Below, one piece after another: positions 1-7,367 of a stretch of DNA of 46,181 bases. The position numbers were made by a program, and so were the translations under genes. How positions within the stretch are numbered: the stretch's first letter is position 1; each line of letters begins with the position of its first letter. Source of the DNA: a virus (Duplodnaviria > Caudoviricetes); IMG/VR virus record IMGVR_UViG_3300028906_000006, positions 1-46,181 of that record; one strand, given 5' to 3'. The notes under the pieces are model-generated. The model had not been told where the DNA came from. It saw only the letters and a list, made by a program, of their open reading frames with translations, and did no database searches.

Positions 1-1764
1 AACAGGACTTGCCGCAGGCACTCCCGCCGTTACGCTGATAGTAAACCGCACATCGTTAACTGATCCAGTTACGGTATTGACGTTTGCCGTCCCCCAGCCA
101 GAGGTGAGCACGTGGTTTCCAGCAACATCGGCAACTCCTGTAATGGAGCAGGCTCCATAGAGATTGGTGATAACCGGAGCCGTTCCTGGGAGAACACCAT
201 TCCCGCAATCGTCATAGATCGTGCCGCCCGTTTGATTAATCGGAGCGCCGCTAGCAGCAAAAAACACGTTGTTCAAATGCACGACTCCGGCAGAGATGCC
301 AAGGGCGCTCGATCCGCCTCCGTACTGTCCAACCGATGAGCCATTGAAGTAAGTAGAAGCGTTGGCTCCAGCATTCAGAAACCCACCAGCAGTGAACTCG
401 CTACCATGATCCATCCACACACCCTGCTGGTTCCGTTCGTCTATTGTGAATCCTCCGAGGTCTTGGTTGAAATATACGCCCTCCGTGACGGTCAATTCGT
501 GGTTATCTGCTCCATTGTTGTAGAAAGCCGCGCCGTTTGCAGAAGTTCCTCCCGTCCCGCCGCATGATCCCCCAATCCATAAAGAGATAGCATTGATACT
601 CGGGGTGGACGTACAGGCAATATCCCCGCCTGCTACGGAACCTGAATTTATGAACGTGGACCCGGTATGGTTGTTCAGTCCATAAATGATTTTAGTGGCA
701 CCCATGTTCCAGAGCCAGCCAACTACCCAAACGTTATCCAGTTCATCGAACAGGTTCGTGTAAACCCCCGAAGAGCCTGACGTGATGGTTGCTCCGGCAT
801 CCGCAACGTCAGTTCCAAGGCCCCAAAAAGTTAAGTCAGCAACGTGCCAGCCGGGGAGATTCTCACCATTATTCTCAAGATTCGGCACAACGTCGGAGAA
901 CAGGCACCCCGTTCCCACCACCGTAGGACTGCAGTTCATTTTTGGGAGAGGGATAATTACCGTGCTGCCCGGCCCTACTCCTCGGATTGCTCCGCCATTG
1001 CTTGATGTCGTAGACGAGGTGATGAATGGATTGACGCTGGTAAACATCAATCCGGACGGCAAAATTAGAGCTTTGCTAGGCTCAGGAATCAAGCTAGCGC
1101 CAGTGAAAGTGTTGGGGAACAGGGCTTGAAATGCCAAGACAAGTTGTGGCCCGTCATCGCTGCCCCACGCAAAATTGTTTGCATTGGCTGTGCCGCTGTT
1201 CGTCCCCGTAGCCGCTATGGATACAGTGATGTTGTGCGCGCTGTTTACTGCCGTTATCGTTCCCTGGGGCACTTGATAGGTGCAGTTGCTCACCGTGCCG
1301 GGACAGTTCCCCGCCCCAAACTCGATCTTTCCTACGTCCCCGGCAGGAAATGCACCAGATACAAAGGCTGGGTCAGTGGATAGCGTAGAGACACTTTGTG
1401 AGGTATTCGTGTAAGTTGCGTTGGTTGTTACGTGAACGTTGACGTTCGCCACGAAACATTGAGGCGTGGTCGCAGGGCAGGATTGAGCAACATAGACGTT
1501 ATTCCCGAACGGCAAACTGGCTACGCTTGTGCTGGAGCCCCCGCCGCCGAGCGTCCAAGTGCATGAACTGACTGTAGGCGTCAGCGTAACCGCCGTGCAG
1601 ACGTACAAGGTTCCTGCGCTGATGTCGATGTATTCCGTGCCGACCACGCTGGCCAGATTGGCGTTGGGCGGTCCTGATCCGTTCAGGCTTCGCACTGGGA
1701 TGCCCTGCTGGGCAAATGCTCTGCCAGCCAGAAGGAAGGCGAGAATAAGCGTTAGTTTTCTCAT
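1..1764 (-). CDS. Tailspike/fibre-like protein with Sec signal peptide, partial (runs off the left edge; not in the ORF track)
   Basis: ATG at 1764 gives MRKLTLILAFLLAGRAFAQ-QGIPVRSLNGSGPP..., open for 588 codons to position 1. G/S/T/N-rich with a beta-helix-like middle (SDDGPQL...LILPSG...IRGVGPGSTVI). Confidence 0.8.
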   Translation of the reverse strand, partial: MRKLTLILAFLLAGRAFAQQGIPVRSLNGSGPPNANLASVVGTEYIDISAGTLYVCTAVTLTPTVSSCTWTLGGGGSSTSVASLPFGNNVYVAQSCPATTPQCFVANVNVHVTTNATYTNTSQSVSTLSTDPAFVSGAFPAGDVGKIEFGAGNCPGTVSNCTYQVPQGTITAVNSAHNITVSIAATGTNSGTANANNFAWGSDDGPQLVLAFQALFPNTFTGASLIPEPSKALILPSGLMFTSVNPFITSSTTSSNGGAIRGVGPGSTVIIPLPKMNCSPTVVGTGCLFSDVVPNLENNGENLPGWHVADLTFWGLGTDVADAGATITSGSSGVYTNLFDELDNVWVVGWLWNMGATKIIYGLNNHTGSTFINSGSVAGGDIACTSTPSINAISLWIGGSCGGTGGTSANGAAFYNNGADNHELTVTEGVYFNQDLGGFTIDERNQQGVWMDHGSEFTAGGFLNAGANASTYFNGSSVGQYGGGSSALGISAGVVHLNNVFFAASGAPINQTGGTIYDDCGNGVLPGTAPVITNLYGACSITGVADVAGNHVLTSGWGTANVNTVTGSVNDVRFTISVTAGVPAASPV

Positions 1765-1771
1765 GGTCTAC

Positions 1772-2779
1772 TCAGTTGGGCGTGCAAAATACCGTGAAGA
1801 TTTGCCCGTTGGTGTTCGTGTGGTGCAAGGTGATGACATTCGCTCCGGGCGTATCGAGCCAAGTGGTTCCTGCTGCCTGCCCGGTTGCTGCCAGTGCGTT
1901 TGACGTACTCAGGATGCAGTGCCCCGCCGCAGTCATGCCTGTAACCGTGAGCACATCGCTCGTGGTGGCTCCCGCAGTCGTGAAGTTGACCGCAACCACG
2001 GCTTTGCAAAATCCGTTCGCGCCATCCAGCCGGCAATAAGTCGAATCTCCTGTAGGGGCCGTGACTGGCGGAGTCTGGCTGATGGGCACAACCTGCGTGA
2101 TGTCCAGCGTGACGCCGTTTTTGGCATGGACCGGGATCTCTGCTCCGCCCTTCCCGCCAACGTACACTTGCATTCCGTAGAAAACTGACAGCTTGGACCC
2201 GCCGCATTCAATGTCCCCAGCGAGCAGCCCTGTTGAGTCGCGCGTACTGTATAGCGTTCCCGTGATGGCCCCGGAAGAGTTGGCGATCATGTCAAAGTAG
2301 TAGACGCCACCATTGCTTGGCGCGATGACCGCTGTACCATTCACGCGCGGAATGTTCCCGCCGCAGCCTCGCAGCCAGAAGCGCACAAATGCCGCTTGCC
2401 CAACCGTGCCCGTGCCAAGGTTCTGCAATGACCCGGTAACCGTCGTCGTCGCCCACGCCGGCACCGAGAGCAGCAAAAGAAGAGCCATCCCAAACAGCGC
2501 TTTCAGCATAGGGTTAGAGGAAGAGTTCATGGGATTCTGTCCGTAAGGATTGTTTGCTCCGGCTGGCGAGAAGGGGTTTCCTGTTCCGGCCGCTGTTGGG
2601 TTGGGTGCTCCGCTTGGCGTTGTCCCGCTGGCTACGTTGCCTCCGCTTTGAAAGTTAGGCGGCAAGAGGGGCGTCTGCGGATTCGTCGCCGCGGGCTGCG
2701 TTGGATTGAGCGCGTTGGCAGCCGGTGAGGCTCCATAAGGGGCACTTGGGAGGAAGTATTTGGCCGGCGTAGAACCCAT
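1772..2779 (-). CDS. Virion-associated protein: disordered P/N/A-rich N-terminus, internal signal-like helix, beta-rich fibre domain
   Basis: 335 aa; MLKALFGMALLLLLSVPAWA at residues ~91-110, then TTTVTGSLQNLG...; lies between ejection genes and the tailspike. Confidence 0.65.
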   Translation of the reverse strand: MGSTPAKYFLPSAPYGASPAANALNPTQPAATNPQTPLLPPNFQSGGNVASGTTPSGAPNPTAAGTGNPFSPAGANNPYGQNPMNSSSNPMLKALFGMALLLLLSVPAWATTTVTGSLQNLGTGTVGQAAFVRFWLRGCGGNIPRVNGTAVIAPSNGGVYYFDMIANSSGAITGTLYSTRDSTGLLAGDIECGGSKLSVFYGMQVYVGGKGGAEIPVHAKNGVTLDITQVVPISQTPPVTAPTGDSTYCRLDGANGFCKAVVAVNFTTAGATTSDVLTVTGMTAAGHCILSTSNALAATGQAAGTTWLDTPGANVITLHHTNTNGQIFTVFCTPN

Positions 2780-4033
2780 CTATTGCTGCCCTTCCCACGG
2801 CAAGGGATTCTGCCCTGGACGAGGCTTGCGCGGCGCTGTAGATGCACCGGGCGCGCGGCGATCGAACTTGCCAATTTCGCTTTGGAGATGCTGTTCTCTC
2901 ATCGTCAGTCTTATGTCGTCAGCCTCGCGGTCGCTCATCGGGGCTTGTTCTGCTGGCTGCTCCCATGGGGCAGGCGTTGTGGCTGTAGTGCCTTGCGTTT
3001 CCCACGGCATCTTGCCTTGCAGGACATCTGGCTGGACATCTGGTTGCACTGACGGCCTTGGCCCTGGATAGCCTTCCGGCGGCGTGTAGATGACCTTGTT
3101 GCCGATTTGCTGCAACTGCGTTCCGGCTCCCGGTGTTCCGCTTTTCCCGAGGCCGACCAGTTGCCTGCGCGGGACAGACGCCATGTATTTAGGGTTGATT
3201 GGCGGGACGGCTTGATTTGGCTCCGGAAGGCGGATGACTTGCCCTTTAGGCGGAGCGGTGGCTTGCGCTGCTGGAGCATTCGGCCCTAGCCGGGCATTCT
3301 CAGCGGCTTCAATCGGATCGCCACGCATGTCAGCAGAGACTCTCGATGGGATCTTGTTGAATGGCCCTGGATTCGTAGGCGTGCCAAGTTCGCCTTTCGG
3401 GACCAACGCTTCCGGGATGTTGGGTTGCGCTACTCTTGGCATGAACGGAATCTGCCTGACCGTTCCAGGAACGCCTGCCTGCGACTGAGCGGCCGTAGCG
3501 GGCTTGCGCATCCAACTAGCTAGTTTGTTTTTGCCAGCAGCCAAAGCGTCAGCAGCACCTCCATTGCGTAATCCACGAACGGCACTTACAGCATCCTCAC
3601 CGGCCGCCGGAAGCGAAAGAACACTAGCTTCCGTCCCTGCTATGTCCGCGAAGTCTCCGGCGTTTTGCGTTGCCTGCCCTACGGAAGTCGATGTCCCTGG
3701 TACTTTTGCTGGCTGTTGCCTGAGTTTGTCAGCTATAGCTCCGCCAAGAGCGTTAAGTGGGAGCCCTACATCGCTAAGCGAGTGTGGCACCATGCGGCTA
3801 AGGAAATTAGAGAATGTGGAAGGTTGCGGGCCTATACCTGTAGCCGAAGGAACATTTTTCAGCACAGGAGATTCCTGCGTTTGAGGCTTTTGCGCTTGAG
3901 TTCTTGGCAGGTCTGAATACTCAGGATGCTTTGCTAGGACGCTTTGCTCGAGCGAGGAGTCGTCCATGTCATCGTAAGCGCCGGGGTACTTCGACTTAAC
4001 CAGTTGAGCAAGGGTTTGCTGGGTTGCGCTCAC
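2780..4033 (-). CDS. Putative internal virion/ejection protein
   Basis: 417 aa, P/A/Q-rich; N-terminal VKSKYPGAYDDMDDSSL motif typical of podovirus DNA-transfer proteins; gene position. Confidence 0.6.
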   Translation of the reverse strand: MSATQQTLAQLVKSKYPGAYDDMDDSSLEQSVLAKHPEYSDLPRTQAQKPQTQESPVLKNVPSATGIGPQPSTFSNFLSRMVPHSLSDVGLPLNALGGAIADKLRQQPAKVPGTSTSVGQATQNAGDFADIAGTEASVLSLPAAGEDAVSAVRGLRNGGAADALAAGKNKLASWMRKPATAAQSQAGVPGTVRQIPFMPRVAQPNIPEALVPKGELGTPTNPGPFNKIPSRVSADMRGDPIEAAENARLGPNAPAAQATAPPKGQVIRLPEPNQAVPPINPKYMASVPRRQLVGLGKSGTPGAGTQLQQIGNKVIYTPPEGYPGPRPSVQPDVQPDVLQGKMPWETQGTTATTPAPWEQPAEQAPMSDREADDIRLTMREQHLQSEIGKFDRRAPGASTAPRKPRPGQNPLPWEGQQ

Positions 4034-5544
4034 GGCCTGATTCCTAGCGGGTCATTGTTCTTCGATTTCGGTTGCGACTTGTTGACCGCCGCAGTGGTTT
4101 GCTTGTTCAGGTTGTCCATCTTGCTCTTCATCAAAGCCTGATAGCTGCTGAGCACGCGGTCGATCGTCGCGTAGTTGGCATTGGATGGAAGCGTGCGGTT
4201 GCCTGTTCCGACTTCCGAGTCGGTGATGTGCCCCTTGGCAATGACGTTCGTAACTTCATGGTTGTAGGCGTTGGCGATAGACTCGAAATTGGTCAAATCA
4301 GAGTCGCCAAACTCAGTCTGCGCGCGGTTGGAAAGCCCTGCAAGCGTTCTCTGATCCCCGTTGTTCAGCGCCTTTGCGGCCTGTCTCAGCATGTCCGCGT
4401 GAGAAATGGCCGTTGTAAATCCAACTTTTATGTCGCCAATCTTTGACGGAACTTCGGCGCCCAGTGCCTTCTTGGGCACTTGCACGCTGGCGGATTGCAC
4501 TCCCGGTTTCCCAAAAGATTGCCCGGCAGGAACATTGACGGTCTGGCCGGGATTGTTTACGTCGCCCACTTCTCGCGGAGCGGCCAGAGATGGCGGGCTG
4601 AACGTCTGCCCCCCGGGGCCAGAAACAGGGGTAGCCTGTTTGGTCTTCTTGTCTATTACGATAGGCCCTTGCGCGGTCATCATTGGCGATTGCTGCTGAT
4701 TCTCGAACCGCATCATGCCGTTCAGGTCGCTGATCTTCATGGGCTTGCCGATGAACTCGTCAGGGAGGTTGTGGTCCTTGGCAATCTCCGGAGTGATGGT
4801 AATGCCTTGCTCGGTTCCCGGCATGACTTGGCGAGTCTGGGAATCGAACATTCCAACACCAGGAATTGGCTGGTAGCGGTGAATCTTTTCCTGACTCTGC
4901 TGCTGCCCTTGCGCCACATTCTGACGGCTCTGCGCCCCGATCCCTGCCGATTGCACCTCTGCTCCGCCCTTGATGCTCGCCGGCAGAATCGCTTTGGCCA
5001 GCCATGCAGGCATTGGCCCGCTTGGCGTGTTGATCATCTGCGATTGTGCCTTGGTGGCTTCCACCTGTGCCGCTTGCTGCTGAAGGCCGAGTTGCTTCTG
5101 CTCGCGCTGCCACGGAAGCTCGTAGCCCGCCTCGAAGCCCATCCCTACGCCGCCCGACCGACGTCCTCCTGTGGCCGCTACTGTCTCCTCGGACTTTGCC
5201 CGCCCCGCCAAAGCGCCTTGCAGGCCAGAACTGAGAATCGTAGCCAGCTTCCCGCCCTTGGTCAGTGCTGGTGACATGGCGTTGGCGCCGCCGGGAGTTG
5301 CTCCAAGGCTTGCTGCCTCCTGTGGGGATGCTTGGCCGATACGTGGCAGGGGAGGCTGATTCGGAGAAGCAAACGGGTTGCTGGGGTCCGTGAACGCTTG
5401 CGGAGTCTGTGATGCGCGGCCTTGCATCATCTGGCTCGTTGCTCCCAGGATCTTGTTCGGATCGCCTACAGCCGTTGTCTGGCCGCTTGGGTCCTGCAAC
5501 GAAGAGCCTTGCTTGGTTAGTTGGCTGAAGATTTGGCCCATCAA
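4030..5544 (-). CDS. Putative ejection (DNA transfer) protein
   Basis: 504 aa, Q/G/A-rich with a helical C-terminus ending NDPLGIRP; coupled to neighbours. Confidence 0.65.
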   Translation of the reverse strand: MMGQIFSQLTKQGSSLQDPSGQTTAVGDPNKILGATSQMMQGRASQTPQAFTDPSNPFASPNQPPLPRIGQASPQEAASLGATPGGANAMSPALTKGGKLATILSSGLQGALAGRAKSEETVAATGGRRSGGVGMGFEAGYELPWQREQKQLGLQQQAAQVEATKAQSQMINTPSGPMPAWLAKAILPASIKGGAEVQSAGIGAQSRQNVAQGQQQSQEKIHRYQPIPGVGMFDSQTRQVMPGTEQGITITPEIAKDHNLPDEFIGKPMKISDLNGMMRFENQQQSPMMTAQGPIVIDKKTKQATPVSGPGGQTFSPPSLAAPREVGDVNNPGQTVNVPAGQSFGKPGVQSASVQVPKKALGAEVPSKIGDIKVGFTTAISHADMLRQAAKALNNGDQRTLAGLSNRAQTEFGDSDLTNFESIANAYNHEVTNVIAKGHITDSEVGTGNRTLPSNANYATIDRVLSSYQALMKSKMDNLNKQTTAAVNKSQPKSKNNDPLGIRP

Positions 5545-5873
5545 CTCTGCCCGTAGAACGCTGTGTTGTTTCCTTGCATTGGTTTGCGCATCTGGTTCTG
5601 TTGCGGAGCGAAGTACGAGGAGTCAACGGGAGCGGCTCCGGCCGCTTGCGGCATTGCTCCGCCTCCTCCTTGGCGCATCATGGCGTTTTGCCCTTGATAA
5701 TTCTGCACGCCTTGCGCGAGTCCCTTGGTGGCTCCCTGCGCTATCTTCTGGAAGGGAGTCTTCGACGTGCCCATTGTGTTGATGTCGCTGTCGGAATAAC
5801 CGATGCCCTTCAAGTCGCCAACGCTCTGGCCGGTTCCGTTGACGTTCATGCCGCTTGCGCCTAATGCACCCAT
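5541..5873 (-). CDS. Small low-complexity internal virion protein
   Basis: 110 aa, G/Q/M-rich, ends TAFYGQS; in the ejection gene block. Confidence 0.55.
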   Translation of the reverse strand: MGALGASGMNVNGTGQSVGDLKGIGYSDSDINTMGTSKTPFQKIAQGATKGLAQGVQNYQGQNAMMRQGGGGAMPQAAGAAPVDSSYFAPQQNQMRKPMQGNNTAFYGQS

Positions 5874-6439
5874 GTCATCACCGCCATTATGAAAACGAAA
5901 GGTATTGCCGAGGCCAAGCCGCCAGCCAGGCCGCCCAAAAGTCCGCCAAGTCCAGGCTTTGCAAGCGGCGCGTTCATAACGCTACTGTTTCCCTGTGTAG
6001 CTTGCCCGCTGTACGCGGTCGGATTTGCGACCTGTGCTTGTCCGATCAGCCCGGCTGCCCCTTGTTGCTTGGCCGCCAAGTTCCCTTGCTGCGCTCCGCC
6101 GAGTTGCTGATCGAAGGCCCGCCCTTGCTGCGCCGCCAAGTCCGACCTTGCTCCAGTTGCAAATCCTGACGGGAGAGCGTTGGCGTTCTGCCCGAGGCTC
6201 TGTTCCAGCTGTGCCTTTGCGGGCGCAAAGCCTTGCGCTGTGTTTCCTGACAGGGCGTCGGTCTGATTGGCAAAGTACGGATTCCCGCCACTTAGTAGAT
6301 TGGAATAGAAAGGGTTCGCCTTGTTTTGCTGGGCCTCCGAGAATGCTTCCTGCTTGCCAAAGGTTTGCCCAAGCTGGGTGTCTAGGTTTGTTTGCGCTGT
6401 AGCTGCCTGATTCTGTTGCGCGGTCGGCCCTCCGCCCAT
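5861..6439 (-). CDS. Pilot/ejection protein (P22 gp7-like position)
   Basis: GGAGGG SD; MGGGPT start; A/G/Q-rich with a GLGGLLGGLAGGLA glycine zipper. Confidence 0.65.
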   Translation of the reverse strand: MGGGPTAQQNQAATAQTNLDTQLGQTFGKQEAFSEAQQNKANPFYSNLLSGGNPYFANQTDALSGNTAQGFAPAKAQLEQSLGQNANALPSGFATGARSDLAAQQGRAFDQQLGGAQQGNLAAKQQGAAGLIGQAQVANPTAYSGQATQGNSSVMNAPLAKPGLGGLLGGLAGGLASAIPFVFIMAVMTWVH

Positions 6440-6447
6440 AGGCCCTC

Positions 6448-6894
6448 CTAAATCCTAACCAAAAATCTATCTGCTAGCTTTGCGCCCTGGATTGCCAGTG
6501 ACTCTTCCCACTTGTCGCATTTTTGCTCGGGCTTCTCGAAGCTCGATATATGTATGAATAGCTCCGTCCCGCGCGCGCCTTGGTCCTGAAAGTAACTGTG
6601 CAACCGTTCTGCCAAGAGATGCGTCGTTCTGTCCGCCCTGTCTCCTGAAACGCGAAACACTGGCAAGTCGATGCGCCACACGAATCCTGTGATGCCAAGA
6701 ATCTCTTTGTACTCTTCGCCTTCCATCGCTACGGCAACCCATACTTTGTTGAACTTTGCAAGGTTCAAGTCCTTGCCGTCCTGAAGCTCTCTCGCGCAAT
6801 ACTCTACCGCCATGTCGTGCAGCTTCCGGTCGGCTGGCTCGAGCAGCGCACCTTGGCCAAGGAAGTCGATCGGGATAACGCAGATCTTGCTCAC
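6448..6894 (-). CDS. Hypothetical protein, possibly degenerate GNAT fold
   Basis: 148 aa; VWVAV...EILGITGF strand pattern; sits where podoviruses often carry a GNAT-like gene between nozzle and ejection genes. Confidence 0.45.
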   Translation of the reverse strand: MSKICVIPIDFLGQGALLEPADRKLHDMAVEYCARELQDGKDLNLAKFNKVWVAVAMEGEEYKEILGITGFVWRIDLPVFRVSGDRADRTTHLLAERLHSYFQDQGARGTELFIHISSFEKPEQKCDKWEESLAIQGAKLADRFLVRI

Positions 6895-7367
6895 AGGAAG
6901 TTCCTTCCCTTACTGCCGCCACCGGAGTTTCCTGAAGTGTAGCCAGGAGGAACGCTGGGCATGGCGGGAGCTCCTGCTTCTGCGATTGCCGCGCCTTGCA
7001 CCTGGACTTTAGGAGATTCCACGCCCAGCATGTTCATTGAAGAAATGAAAATATTTGTTACTGGGGGCGTGGCCCCGGCCGTAGCTTCGACAAAGCATTG
7101 TCGTGTTCCGCGGTCGTTGATGTCGGCGTATAGCGTGTTCTCATCGCCTTTGTATACTCTCCATCGCTGGATGTCGGTGTTCAGCCCTGACGGCAAGCTC
7201 CAGGTCACAAGAATACCTCTTGGGCCTGACTGTGCAATCAGTTCTCTTGGCGGTTGTGGAACTTGCGCTGTTCCGCGCGTCAGCGTCAAGTCGCGTGCCG
7301 TAGCTTTGGCAACGGTCTTTTGCTGTGCGTCCTGCCGGATGCCGTAGCTTCTGAGTATGACTTTCAT
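6891..7367 (-). CDS. Fibronectin-III-like virion protein
   Basis: VPQPPRELIAQSGPRGILVTWSLP...WRVY...ISSMNMLGVES matches the FN3 pattern. Confidence 0.6.
   Translation of the reverse strand: MKVILRSYGIRQDAQQKTVAKATARDLTLTRGTAQVPQPPRELIAQSGPRGILVTWSLPSGLNTDIQRWRVYKGDENTLYADINDRGTRQCFVEATAGATPPVTNIFISSMNMLGVESPKVQVQGAAIAEAGAPAMPSVPPGYTSGNSGGGSKGRNFL

Noticed and set aside
69-1903. Short ORFs listed in the track at the left end
   Set aside because: They are shadows of the long minus-strand gene 1..1764, which the track missed because it has no stop in the window.
3018-3048. Short tandem duplication encoding VQPDVQPDV
   Set aside because: A two-copy 12-nt repeat in a disordered coding region; ordinary slippage.
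4480-5626. Long alternative-frame ORFs (264 aa plus, 288 aa minus) and similar ones elsewhere
   Set aside because: They overlap better-supported genes, have R/P/S-rich shadow composition and lack SD sequences.
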